Origin: Candidatus Latescibacterota bacterium
Lineage (GTDB): Bacteria > Latescibacterota > UBA2968 > UBA8231
Assembly (NCBI GenBank): GCA_965197905.1
Contig: CBDAOB010000004.1
Location: 1,696,001 to 1,760,000, forward strand
Reading direction: 5' to 3'
Length of the DNA stretch: 64,000 nt
The position numbers and the translations under genes are program-made. The notes beneath the pieces were generated by a model, which saw only the letters and a program-made list of their open reading frames with translations, was not told the origin of the DNA and did not search any database. The first letter of the stretch is position 1; each line of letters starts with the position of its first letter. This document shows, one piece after another, positions 44,701-54,661 of this stretch.

Positions 44701-45720
44701 CAGGATTGGGGTGGGGACCCGCTCCCGAAGCACTTGCAGATGAGGGTTGACATTCAGGGCGCCAATCGACAGACGTTGGTGGCGGGGCGCAACCTGGCCG
44801 GCATGGTTGACCAGCTGGAGCGCCACGATACGCCAGTGGAACTAGAAGCCTGGAAGCAAGCCTTGGAGGAGTGGGAACAAACCGAGCTGCAGACCTGGAC
44901 GTTTGGAGATCTGCCGGAGCGAATCGAGATCACCGAAGTCACCGGAGTTTCGCTGGTTGCCTTTCCCGGAATCGAGGTGGGAGATCGCGGTGTCGATCTG
45001 CGGCTGTATCGAAATCGCCGCGAAGCGCAGACGGCCAGCCGATCGGGGATCTTCCGCCTAACGCAGATTCAATTGGAAGAGGAGCTCGCCTGGCTCGAAC
45101 GAAGTTTGCGGGACCTGGATCAATTCCACCAGACAACCCGGTTCATCGGTGATAAGCAAGCGGTCCGCGAGGCGGCGATGGACCATCTGCAACGGCATCT
45201 CATCTTGGTGCCGGAGCCGCCGGCGCTGCAGGTGACTGCGTTCGAGAGCCTGGTGCAGCGCGCGGTAACCGAATCGAAAGGAATCGGACCGCGCTTTCTC
45301 GATCTGTTTGGCGCAATCATCCATCTGCGGATGTCGATTCAACGCCACCCCCATCCGTACCCTGGCATCGAGGACGATCTCCAGCGCCTTGCCGGCACCG
45401 ATTTCCTCTCAAAAACCCCGTTTGCGCGCCTTCCCCACGTGCAGAGGTATCTCAAGGGGGTTGTCATGCGCGCCGATCGCTTCAGGCTGGACCCGGCCAA
45501 GGACCGACAGAAGGTCGGCCAGCTCGAACCGTTCCAGCAGCAGTTTCAAGAACGCGTCGGGGAACGGTACTCGAGGCAGCGATCGGCAATTCTGCAGGAG
45601 GTGCGGTGGATGCTGGAGGAGTTTCGCATCTCCCTATTCGCTCAGGAGCTGGGCACTGAGCAGCCGGTGTCGGCGAAACGACTGGATCGAAAGTTCGAAG
45701 AGCTGCGGTCGTCCCTGTAG
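41799..45720 (+). CDS. hrpA: ATP-dependent RNA helicase HrpA, split by a 1-nt frameshift at ~43358-43360
   Basis: [24 protein letters not shown]; second half with DPRERP and [13 protein letters not shown]. Removing one G from CTGGGAAG joins the two frames. Confidence 0.88.
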
Positions 45721-45877
45721 TGGTGTGTGGGAAGGCGGTGCTAAACTCGCGAAGATTGCTTCCGATATATCGGAGACGTCTCCTCCTGTCCGTCGAGGGT
45801 CCGAGAGACTGTTGGCTTGATTAATTCTGTGGTGGGATTATCTTTTCTCTCTACCGCGATTTAGCTGGGGATCCATA

Positions 45878-46197
45878 ATGGAAGCATTGGAAGTAATCTT
45901 CATGGTGGCGGCCCTAATATTGATGTTCGCCGCTGTGGGGGCCAAAATCTTGACGACGCAACTGATCGGGCGCATGAATCGTCATATTAGCCAGGTTGCT
46001 CAGGTCAAATCCGAGGCAATGGGTCGCTTGAAGGGTGCGCAAAATCAAAAGGCGGTCATCGAGCAGAACCAGAATGTGCTGCTTAGCAAGAAGAATAAAA
46101 TCGCCAAGAAACTCACCCGCCTGAAAAAGAAATGGGCACGTTGCAGGATGAGGAGAGTCAGCGCAAGCAGCGTTCCAGCATGCGCAAGGTCGACTGA
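45878..46197 (+). CDS. Small membrane-anchored coiled-coil protein (apparent -1 frameshift at 46124-46129)
   Basis: N-terminal TM and coiled coil. Adding one A gives LKKEMGTLQDEESQRKQRSSMRKVD*, ending just before a terminator. Confidence 0.6.
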
Positions 46198-46223
46198 TCC
46201 AAGTGGCTTTCTGATCAGTCTGA

Positions 46224-46255
46224 ATCGTCGGCCATCACGGGCTGGCGGTTTTTTT
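46224..46255 (+). terminator. Rho-independent terminator
   Basis: ATCGTCGGCC/GGCTGGCGGT stem (G-U rich) followed by a T-tract. Confidence 0.55.
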
Positions 46256-46276
46256 GTGCCCGTTTCGCGCCGCGGC

Positions 46277-47116
46277 TTACAGGTTGGCCGCCATCCACTG
46301 GTAGCAGCGTGCGTACCCCCCGCCCTGGGCGGTCTCGTCCCCTTCGTATTCCGCCGTCCACACCCCTTCATAAGCGTCCAAGCAGTTCAATGCATGATCC
46401 AGGTGGATTTCTCCTTCGCCGAGGACCCGGCCGCGGTAGGCGTCGCGACTGCCGACCCCGTCCTTGAGATGGACGTGAAAGACGTAAGGTGCGAGGATTT
46501 CGTAGAAGTGGTCGACGCGGGCGAGATCGTGGCCGAACCACCGGTAGTTCATGGTATCGAGATTGACGCCGAAACGAGGTGATCCGAGCCGTTCGATCAG
46601 ATCCAGTTGCCACTGACCGTCGTTGGTGGCCAGACCGTGGTTATCGAGAGCGATCCGGACCTGAGTCTCTTCGGCGATCTCGGCGCAGCGTTTGAAGGCG
46701 CCTTCCAACATCGCATCCCACTGCTCGGTGGGCACGAGCCCAGCCCGATTCCAGCCGCCGTCGGTGCGCAAAAGATCGGTGCCCAGAATCGGGGCCAGTT
46801 GGCAGATTTTGCGATAGCGCCTCAGCTGCGCCGTCAGGTCATCCGCATCCGCCTGGAGGAAGTCGTTTCCTGCGGCGATGGCTGAAACAGGCAACCCGTG
46901 GCGGTCCAGAATCTCCCTTGCCGCTGCCGCCGACGCCTCGCCACTGGCCGTTTCTTTCTCGTTCCAGAAATCTGCCGTTTGCAGCTCGCAGTGACCGTAG
47001 CCGATCTCCACGGCTCTCTGGACAAAAGTTTCGAAGTCGTAGCCCGGCCAGTTGTAGTGGATAACACCTAGTCGGCGGATTTGGCCGTCGCTTGTGCTTG
47101 TTGTTCCCGTCGCCAC
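46277..47116 (-). CDS. Sugar phosphate isomerase/epimerase (TIM-barrel, AP-endonuclease-2 family)
   Basis: DNHG, NLDTMN, HVHLKD, AEYEG. Confidence 0.82.
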   Translation of the reverse strand: MATGTTSTSDGQIRRLGVIHYNWPGYDFETFVQRAVEIGYGHCELQTADFWNEKETASGEASAAAAREILDRHGLPVSAIAAGNDFLQADADDLTAQLRRYRKICQLAPILGTDLLRTDGGWNRAGLVPTEQWDAMLEGAFKRCAEIAEETQVRIALDNHGLATNDGQWQLDLIERLGSPRFGVNLDTMNYRWFGHDLARVDHFYEILAPYVFHVHLKDGVGSRDAYRGRVLGEGEIHLDHALNCLDAYEGVWTAEYEGDETAQGGGYARCYQWMAANL

Positions 47117-47775
47117 GGTGGCACGTATCTTCCCTCGACCTTTAGCAGCTCGACCTCATAAATGAGCAGCGAGTTGGGCGGCACGATGCCGGCTTGTTTG
47201 TCCTTATACCCCATTCCCGCAGGAATAATAAACCGTGCCTTGCCCCCCTCGCGCATCTCCTTGATCGCCTTGGTAAAACCGAACGTCGCATAGATGAGAT
47301 TGAGCGGCACGGGTTGATCGTAGTAGTCGTGGAAAACAGTGCCATCCATTATGGAACCGCGATACCGCACGAGAATCGAGTCCTTTGCCCCGGGCCGTTC
47401 GCCGGTTCCCTCTTTGAGCTCCTGGAACACGATGCCGGATGGCAGTCGCCGGGCTCCCTCTTCTGTAGCGGCGTGTGCCAGATATTCTTTCTGTTTCCGG
47501 AAGCGCATCTTCTCAGCCAACGCTCCGACCTTTGGCAAATATTCGCCCAGGTCAACGGCCGCGTCTTTCTTCCGGGCCACGTCGAGGAGACCACGCTTGA
47601 CCGATTTCAACTCGTCCGCGGTGATGTAGCCCTTGAACGGGCCCAGCTTCTCCGCCAGGGTCAACCCCAGAGCGTATAGATTCTTCTCTTCTTCGGTTTG
47701 CTGAACACCCACCCCGCCGCAAGCAACGAACATCCAGGCAGCGGCAGAGGCAATGTAAATGACTGACAAACGCAT
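47068..47775 (-). CDS. FKBP-type PPIase homolog (lipoprotein, divergent active site)
   Basis: YALG N-domain; YRGSIMDGTVF, IPAGMGY, PPNSLLIYEVEL. Confidence 0.8.
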   Translation of the reverse strand: MRLSVIYIASAAAWMFVACGGVGVQQTEEEKNLYALGLTLAEKLGPFKGYITADELKSVKRGLLDVARKKDAAVDLGEYLPKVGALAEKMRFRKQKEYLAHAATEEGARRLPSGIVFQELKEGTGERPGAKDSILVRYRGSIMDGTVFHDYYDQPVPLNLIYATFGFTKAIKEMREGGKARFIIPAGMGYKDKQAGIVPPNSLLIYEVELLKVEGRYVPPWRREQQAQATAKSAD

Positions 47776-47789
47776 TTTCTCCAGGCCTC

Positions 47790-48467
47790 CTATTCGATTC
47801 CGAGCAGTTCAATTTCGAAGACCAGCGTAGAGCCGGCGGGGATTTTTGGCGTCGGGGGATTGTCGCCGTACGCCAGATCGGAAGGAATAACCAGACGCGC
47901 CTTCCCGCCCACCTGCATCAACTGCAATCCCTCGGTCCATCCTTTTATGACTTCCGTCACCGCAAAGACGATCGGTTTACCCCGTTGCACCGAGCTATCG
48001 AACACCGTTCCGTCGGTCAGCGTGCCGTGGTAGTGTACTTTGACACGATCGGAAACCTTGGGGTGGCTTCCCGTGCCGGCGGTCAGCTCCTGGTACACCA
48101 AGCCGGAGGGGGTCCGGCGGGCACCAGATTCGGACGCGGCTTGGTCGAGAAACGATTCTCCCTTCGATTTCTCGGGGGCGGCGGCGGCCGCCACCCGGGC
48201 TTTTTCCATGGACCTTAACTTCTCCACGCGGTCGGAGGTCAGCTCGAACAATTGGGGGTTGCCGAGGGCGGCATCTTCGAAACCCTTAAGCACCGTATTC
48301 AATTCCTCCTCCGTCAACTTACCCTTCAACTCACCCAGACTCTCGCCAACTGCGAGACCTAGGGCGTAGAGGGTCTTTTGCTTGTCCGTCTTCAGGTCGG
48401 TATCGGCTGCAAGGTGCCCTGGGACACAGAGCGCCAGCCAACCGCAGAGAGCTACCAGGCGAATCAT
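47790..48467 (-). CDS. FKBP-type peptidyl-prolyl isomerase (FkpA/Mip-like)
   Basis: HYHGTLTDGTVFDSS, VIKGWTEGL, IPSDLAYG; start ATG after AAGGAGG. Confidence 0.92.
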   Translation of the reverse strand: MIRLVALCGWLALCVPGHLAADTDLKTDKQKTLYALGLAVGESLGELKGKLTEEELNTVLKGFEDAALGNPQLFELTSDRVEKLRSMEKARVAAAAAPEKSKGESFLDQAASESGARRTPSGLVYQELTAGTGSHPKVSDRVKVHYHGTLTDGTVFDSSVQRGKPIVFAVTEVIKGWTEGLQLMQVGGKARLVIPSDLAYGDNPPTPKIPAGSTLVFEIELLGIE

Positions 48468-48555
48468 CAGTTCCTCCTTCAATCCTGCGATGCCAACGAT
48501 CGAAACTTATAATGAAGAGATTGGCGGTTGAGAGTGCAACAGTGAGGTCCCTGTC

Positions 48556-49536
48556 TCAGGCGGGTCGGTGTTCGCGCGCGTAGTGCAGGCGCAGGAAATC
48601 AACCGCGAAATCGTTTTGGATATCGCGCCATACGGCATGGATGTGGTTGGCGTCGTTCTGGGTATTGTCATACTCCGCCAGAAAATTTGACCCCCGGATT
48701 CTGTAGTAGTGTGGAGCACCCAGGTTGGAGGATCCCGCCCAGGCGAAAAGGCAGTTTTCCTGTGAACCCACCGCCACCCGGTTCGTTTCGAGTTGAGCCA
48801 GCGATTCGGGCAGTCTGTCTACGTAGATCTGCACCAGGTCAGCCAGGAGCTCCTGCTGAGCCGCTGTCATTTCCGAGGTGCGGAGCCCTTCGCCGTTGAG
48901 CTCATTCTCCACGTGGGGCAGATTGCGGGTCAGGATATCGCTTGGGGCCTCAAGGCTGAACACCGCCTTGCCGCGTTGATCCTCGTCCAGCATCGACACC
49001 AACGCCCGGCCCAGGTCCTCCTCCTCTTTGAGCGCGCGGAATCCGCTTTTCTCGCCGTGACGCACGTGGGCAGGATTGGCGCCGAAAAAGAGGGGCGCCG
49101 TCCCGAGCTCTCGTCCGTTGACCACCGTAAAGTTGAGTGAGACGTGGTGGCCCTCGAAGCGCCATCCCCAGAGCAGATCGGCCACGGGGTTACCAAAAAT
49201 GCTGACGAAATAAAGTTCGGGATCCCTGGTGAATTTTCGCCCAGGACCTTCGACTGCGGCCAGCACCGGCTCCAGGTCGATGATGGCGCAAACCTTTTCG
49301 TAAGCCCGCTCGCTGAGGCCCGTTTTCACCAGATCGTGAGCCAGCAGCCGCTGCGGAGGGTCCATCTCTTTGAGCGGCAGGCCGGCGCGGTCCCGCGGAA
49401 TATAGTGCCAATTCTTGCGCTCGGTCTCATCGTCGAAGACGAGCACCAACCTCTGCTTTTGCTCCTGGCGCAGCGATTGGATCAACGCGATCGCCGCGTC
49501 CTGCATGCGTTTGATACCGTCGCTTGTCGCGGTCAC
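48556..49536 (-). CDS. DUF3500 family protein
   Basis: WHYIPR, WGWRFEGHH, PLFFGANP, EYDNTQNDANHIHAVWRD. Confidence 0.85.
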   Translation of the reverse strand: MTATSDGIKRMQDAAIALIQSLRQEQKQRLVLVFDDETERKNWHYIPRDRAGLPLKEMDPPQRLLAHDLVKTGLSERAYEKVCAIIDLEPVLAAVEGPGRKFTRDPELYFVSIFGNPVADLLWGWRFEGHHVSLNFTVVNGRELGTAPLFFGANPAHVRHGEKSGFRALKEEEDLGRALVSMLDEDQRGKAVFSLEAPSDILTRNLPHVENELNGEGLRTSEMTAAQQELLADLVQIYVDRLPESLAQLETNRVAVGSQENCLFAWAGSSNLGAPHYYRIRGSNFLAEYDNTQNDANHIHAVWRDIQNDFAVDFLRLHYAREHRPA

Positions 49537-49543
49537 CGGGTAG

Positions 49544-50287
49544 TCACTCCCTTCCTGCTGTCCGTCCCGCCAGATCGTCGTGCAGATCAATGGTTGAAAA
49601 GGTCTCTCCGGCCGCGGCCACCGCAATCCGCAGAAATTCCAGCTCATCCTCATGCGGATTGAAGATCCCGTGGCCCTGCTCGATCCCCTGCCAGGTGACC
49701 GAGTCGGGAGCGACTTCGAAGGTGCGATCGTCGATGGTCATCAATCCCCGTCCCCGCAGGATAAAAAAGGATTCCTCGAGCGCCTCGTGGTAATGGTAAC
49801 CCACCGACCCGCCGGACTCGAGGATCGCATGATCCAGATAGGTAAAGGTGCTGGTAAAATCCTTCGGGCCCCAGATGTGTCGTGTGGCAATGCGACCGAA
49901 GCCCCCGTGTATCGCCGGCTGCCAGCTCAGCTTCGTCGCATCAACGGTTTCCCTGGCCGGGGTTCGCGACGCAGCAGTTGCGTTCGTTTCGACGGCCACG
50001 TGTAGGAAGCTGGCTTGCTCATCTTCGCTGTTGATCGCCGAAAACTGATTACCTAGAAACAGATCGCCAGCCCCAAGATTCCCCAGCTCCTCGAGGCTAA
50101 TTCGCCCCTGCAGCACCACCAAAACGCGCTCCTCACCCGTCTCTTCCCTGCAGCAGGTTGCGCCACGGGGCAGTTCGACGTACTCCCAACGTCGCCACGG
50201 AGTCGCAAAAACGTCTGCAAATAGGGCAACGGCACGGGTTTCGCGGGCGGCCAACCGGCCGAGGACGACGTGGTCAGGCACGAGCAT
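49544..50287 (-). CDS. Cupin-domain protein
   Basis: GYHYHEALEE...HGIFN cupin motifs. Confidence 0.8.
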   Translation of the reverse strand: MLVPDHVVLGRLAARETRAVALFADVFATPWRRWEYVELPRGATCCREETGEERVLVVLQGRISLEELGNLGAGDLFLGNQFSAINSEDEQASFLHVAVETNATAASRTPARETVDATKLSWQPAIHGGFGRIATRHIWGPKDFTSTFTYLDHAILESGGSVGYHYHEALEESFFILRGRGLMTIDDRTFEVAPDSVTWQGIEQGHGIFNPHEDELEFLRIAVAAAGETFSTIDLHDDLAGRTAGRE

Positions 50288-50495
50288 CAGGTCGTTTCAT
50301 GCCTCTTCGATGGTGATGGGCAGACAGCGAAGCCGCGCGGGCGCCAAACAATACTCTGTAACCGCACGGTTTGAAAAATAGGTGGCCTCTGTTCGAACAA
50401 CAATAGGAGAGGGTTTGCCTTCAGTTACGATTGATCTTAGGCTTCATACCGCATCTCGCAAAACCTTGAAAAACCGCCTGTCGCGGAGGGTTAGT

Positions 50496-51587
50496 CTGGC
50501 CAAACGCGATCCAATCGGTGTGGCAATCCTTGGCCTGGGCCGCAGCGGCTACGGGATCCATGCCCGGTGGTTGTCGCAACAGCCGGGAAGGTTTCGCATC
50601 GTCGCCGTGGCCGACCTGTTGGCGGACCGCCGAGATCGGGCCAAACGCGAGTTCGGCTGCGATGCCGTTCGCGACGGCAGAGCGGTTTTGGGCAGAGATG
50701 ATATCGATCTTGTCATAAACGCGCTGCCCTCCCATCTGCATCCGCATGTTTCCATCCAGGTGTTGCGCTCGGGGCACCACCTGGTCTGTGAGAAACCAGT
50801 CGCCAGGAAGACCGCTGAATTCGACCGTGTGGTGGTGGTGGCTCGGCGCGCGCGTCGCATCTTCGTGCCGTTCCACCAGCGTCGTTTCTCACCCAGTTTT
50901 GAGAAGATCAGGTCCGTGATCGACTCGGGGGTTCTGGGCGAGATCGTCAGCATCAATATCGCCTTCAACAGTTTTTCCCGTCGGTGGGACTGGCAGACCT
51001 TGCAGGAGTTCAACGGGGGCAACTTGCTCAACACCGGTCCGCACGTGGTGGACATGGCGTTGTGTCTTCTCGATTTCCACAAGCCGGACAAGATATTCTG
51101 TGCCGTGGGGCGCGCCAACACCGCAGGGGATGCCGAGGACCACGTCAAGCTCGTCTTGCACACGCGTCGCCAACCCGTAGTCGACATCGAGATCTCGTCC
51201 TGCGCGGCTTATCCCACAGCTACCTTCACCATCAATGGCACTCGCGGCGGCTTGACTGGCGGATCCGACGGACTCCGCTGGCAATACTTCGACGCGAAAC
51301 AGGCACCGAAGTTAACGTTGAGCCGCCAACCGATTCCGGGGCCGGCTTACTGTCGCGAAGAATTGGCTTTCACCAAGCGGAGTTGGAAAGCCCGCGGTCG
51401 ACAGGTGGACGAATTCAGCTACATGTGCGGGGCATTCTACCATCAGCTATACGACGCGGTGCGTAGTGGAGCAGCGGTGCCCATTGCCGGCCGTGAGGTT
51501 CGGGTTCTGGTGCAGGTGTTGGAGGAGTGCCGCCGTCAAAACCGGCTGGTTAGGCTGCCCGCAGAAGGCTGGCCGGACTCGGACTGA
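50496..51587 (+). CDS. Gfo/Idh/MocA family oxidoreductase
   Basis: GLGRSG, CEKP, GGNLLNTGPHVVD; start uncertain (CTG after GGAGGG chosen). Confidence 0.88.
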   Translation: MAKRDPIGVAILGLGRSGYGIHARWLSQQPGRFRIVAVADLLADRRDRAKREFGCDAVRDGRAVLGRDDIDLVINALPSHLHPHVSIQVLRSGHHLVCEKPVARKTAEFDRVVVVARRARRIFVPFHQRRFSPSFEKIRSVIDSGVLGEIVSINIAFNSFSRRWDWQTLQEFNGGNLLNTGPHVVDMALCLLDFHKPDKIFCAVGRANTAGDAEDHVKLVLHTRRQPVVDIEISSCAAYPTATFTINGTRGGLTGGSDGLRWQYFDAKQAPKLTLSRQPIPGPAYCREELAFTKRSWKARGRQVDEFSYMCGAFYHQLYDAVRSGAAVPIAGREVRVLVQVLEECRRQNRLVRLPAEGWPDSD

Positions 51588-51589
51588 GC

Positions 51590-52726
51590 TTGAAAAATAC
51601 CCCGACAATCATCGACAGTGGTGCGGCGCTGAAGAACCTGGCAGCCCGGGCCCGAGGTTGTGACCGCATAGCTCTCGACACCGAGTTCGTGTGGGAACGC
51701 ACCTACTATCCACGTCTCGGGTTGATCCAGGTGGGTTTGTCGATGGAGGAATGTTATCTCGTCGACGTGCCGGCCATTGGCGACTTGAAGGTCTTGGGCG
51801 AAGTGCTGGAAGAGCCGACCGTGCAACTCGTGCTGCACGACGCTCCCCAGGACCTGTCGATATTGCGCCGGGTTACCGGAGCTTACCCACGCCACATCTT
51901 CGATACCCGTTGCGCGGCCGGATTTGCGGGGCTTTCCTCCACCTTGTCGCTGAGTGATCTACTCGACGAGCTTCTGGATGTGAGCCTGAGCAAAGCGGCC
52001 TCCCGCACCAACTGGTTGCAGCGGCCCCTGACTGCTGCACAGCTCGACTATGCCGCGGGCGACGTTTGCTACCTCATAGCAGCGAGCGATTGCCTGCTGC
52101 AGTGCGCTCGCGAGCGGAGTTCTGAGGGTTGGCTGGCCGAGGAGATGCGCGCCTACGACCGACGCTCACTGTACGAGGAACGGGATGAGCGAGAGCAGTA
52201 TACGCGGTTAAAGGGTATTTACCGCTGCCAACCCCGGGAGCTGGCCGTGCTGCGCGAACTCGCCGCCTGGCGGGAGCGGGAAGCCCGGCGTCTGGACCGG
52301 CCGCGCTCCCATATCGTCGGCGACCGCACGCTGGTGCATCTGGCGCGGAGTAAACCGAAAACGCTGGAGGATCTCAAGGGATTTCACGGTTTGTCAGAAC
52401 GCAAGATACGCCAATGCGGCGTGGAATTGGTGGCCGCAGCCGCGGCCGGGTTGCGCGCCAAAAAGTGTCCGACCCTGCCCCCGCGTCCACGAGACCCACG
52501 GGCGCGCAAGCGTCATATCGATGCGTTGCTCGATTATGTTCGCCGGCGAGGAGCTGACGTGGGCATCGACCCGCAGCTGGTGACCTCGCGGGCGGAACTC
52601 AAGGACCTGTTTAATGGGGGGGAACAGGCCGTCACCCAACGCATTATGGGCGGCTGGCGCAAGGAATTCATGGGTGATCTGAGTACGGTGGGCGGCGGGG
52701 CCGCCCTGGGTCTGGGTGCTGCCTGA
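51590..52726 (+). CDS. rnd: Ribonuclease D
   Basis: ALDTEFVWERTYYPRLGLIQ, FDT, NWLQRPL, YAAGDV, HRDC domain. Confidence 0.93.
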   Translation: MKNTPTIIDSGAALKNLAARARGCDRIALDTEFVWERTYYPRLGLIQVGLSMEECYLVDVPAIGDLKVLGEVLEEPTVQLVLHDAPQDLSILRRVTGAYPRHIFDTRCAAGFAGLSSTLSLSDLLDELLDVSLSKAASRTNWLQRPLTAAQLDYAAGDVCYLIAASDCLLQCARERSSEGWLAEEMRAYDRRSLYEERDEREQYTRLKGIYRCQPRELAVLRELAAWREREARRLDRPRSHIVGDRTLVHLARSKPKTLEDLKGFHGLSERKIRQCGVELVAAAAAGLRAKKCPTLPPRPRDPRARKRHIDALLDYVRRRGADVGIDPQLVTSRAELKDLFNGGEQAVTQRIMGGWRKEFMGDLSTVGGGAALGLGAA

Positions 52727-52736
52727 ACAACGGCGC

Positions 52737-53024
52737 TTACTGTCCTAGGGTTTTCTCAGCTACTTCCTGGCGTATCTCTACTCTGGTTTTCCATTCGATC
52801 TGGTAGCGTGCCCCCTCGGAGTATTTGCTGGTGATGAAGGCGTGGGCAAGCTCAGCCCCGCGCTCGCGGGCTTCGTTCTTCGTGGGAAACTCAGACTCTT
52901 CCTTGATCGGTACGTTAGCCACGTCGACGCGATCTCCGTGATCGTCTCTTACCTTGATCTTTTCCACCTTGTATCTACCACCATGCATACGCACGATTCG
53001 AATACGCGCGGTCAGTCGGGACAT
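52737..53024 (-). CDS. Hypothetical small protein
   Basis: 95-aa ORF with AAGGAG RBS. Confidence 0.65.
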   Translation of the reverse strand: MSRLTARIRIVRMHGGRYKVEKIKVRDDHGDRVDVANVPIKEESEFPTKNEARERGAELAHAFITSKYSEGARYQIEWKTRVEIRQEVAEKTLGQ

Positions 53025-53104
53025 CGCACTCCTTTCAACTCACTCCGTCATTTCGGGGAAAGAAGGGTAGAATATACAGCTTTCTTTCCTTATTCCAAGT
53101 GGGC

Positions 53105-54661
53105 TTAATCTTTCTCATGCGCCTGCGGCGGCGCAGCGATAAAGTCCTCCCCCGCTTCTCTTTGTAGATAGCGATTGAAATACGCCAGCAATGAATCCCA
53201 CATTGCTCCCAGCGATTGCGCCTCGTCTTTGATCTTGAGGTATTTTTCCTTGTGACTGATCGGACGCAGGCCGATCCGATAGCTTCCCGCCAGACCCAGA
53301 GGAAAATCGTCCAGGGTCCGGTCCTTGGCCGCCACCGTCAGGGAGCCGGCTTCGATCCAAAAATTTCTCGATCGCGGTCCGGAGTCTATCTTCTCCACGC
53401 GCCCGTACACCACGGCATCGAAATCTGCCACCTCCTCGTCCAGCATGAAGTTTACCGGGGAACCGATCTCGACCCCTACCATTTTCGCCCGCGGTAGTTC
53501 GAGACCGATTCGTTTGCGCTGGGCTCCCACCCATATCTCGGCAACGAGCTCCCCGCGTTTGACCTGCGACGTCGAGCGCGAGCCGGCCAGATGGATCAGC
53601 TCACCATGACTCCATCCCGTTTCTTTCGATCCGGCAAGTCCGGGCGGAGCAAGACCCGGTCTCGTGGCCAGCACCTCGCTGGATTGGGCGCGGTCTTTGG
53701 CCTGGCCGGGTGCCGCCACATAGGCCAGGTGGGTAAGCCACTCGCGCTGTGATTCAGTGCGGAATTTGAGAAAGTCCGTTTGCGCCTTCTCATAGCGATA
53801 CTCTTGCTCCAGCACGTTGCTCGTTTTGCCGTCCCCGAGTTCGGCGCTGAGCTGGCGTTCCTTCAGGCCGAGTTGGGCATGGGAGGTTTTCAGGCGCTCG
53901 TACTCCCGTTCGACCTCGCGATACTCACGTTTGGAGATCATGCCTCGATCGAGCAGTTTGCGATATGCCTCCAGAGTTGAAGTTTCTCCGGGCGTTTGGC
54001 CCTCGAACTGCTCCTTCTCGAATCCCACCTGCTTGCGCTCCAGCTCCCGCACCCGCAATTCGGTGCTGGTTTCGCGCCGCTCGCGCAGATGTTGGGAAAG
54101 CAAAAGGTCGACGTAGGCTTCTCGCGGTCGCACCTCCTCCTGCAGCTGGGCCAGCTCCACCACCTCCTTGGCGAAGTCGGCGATGAGCAGGCGCTCTCCG
54201 GGATAAATGGTCTCCCCGACCGACTTGAGCCGCGCCCCGATGAAGAAATCGTCCTGGGCGTAGAGTCGTACCACGTCGCCGGTGTGAGGAATGATCCGGG
54301 CCCCGTCTCCAGAAATGAACTTGAAGGTCGTGCCTTCCAGAAAACGACCGACCTTCGGCACCACCGCCACGATCTGGTAGATCACCAAAGCGACCACCAA
54401 TGCCAACAGCAACAGTCCGTAAACCGATTTCAAGAGGCGGCCCAGAAAGCGGAAACTCAGGGGGATGAGTACCAGCACCAAAGCCACCAGCGGTCGAGCC
54501 GCACCCAGGGCAATGCCGAGGCAAACGAGAACCCAGACGATCCACCAGAAGTTGCGCCGCACCAGCACATAACGACTGCCGCGGTGCGCCAGGAAGGCGC
54601 GGTCGCGAATCTTGCCGATCGCCTCTTCTGCCGACTTGGCCAGCACCCGGATCTCGTTCAT
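53105..54661 (-). CDS. Divergent membrane-fusion (HlyD-like) protein
   Basis: N-terminal TM helices, long coiled coil, VKRGELVA hybrid motif, C-terminal beta domain; ATGA overlap with the ABC gene. Confidence 0.6.
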   Translation of the reverse strand: MNEIRVLAKSAEEAIGKIRDRAFLAHRGSRYVLVRRNFWWIVWVLVCLGIALGAARPLVALVLVLIPLSFRFLGRLLKSVYGLLLLALVVALVIYQIVAVVPKVGRFLEGTTFKFISGDGARIIPHTGDVVRLYAQDDFFIGARLKSVGETIYPGERLLIADFAKEVVELAQLQEEVRPREAYVDLLLSQHLRERRETSTELRVRELERKQVGFEKEQFEGQTPGETSTLEAYRKLLDRGMISKREYREVEREYERLKTSHAQLGLKERQLSAELGDGKTSNVLEQEYRYEKAQTDFLKFRTESQREWLTHLAYVAAPGQAKDRAQSSEVLATRPGLAPPGLAGSKETGWSHGELIHLAGSRSTSQVKRGELVAEIWVGAQRKRIGLELPRAKMVGVEIGSPVNFMLDEEVADFDAVVYGRVEKIDSGPRSRNFWIEAGSLTVAAKDRTLDDFPLGLAGSYRIGLRPISHKEKYLKIKDEAQSLGAMWDSLLAYFNRYLQREAGEDFIAAPPQAHEKD

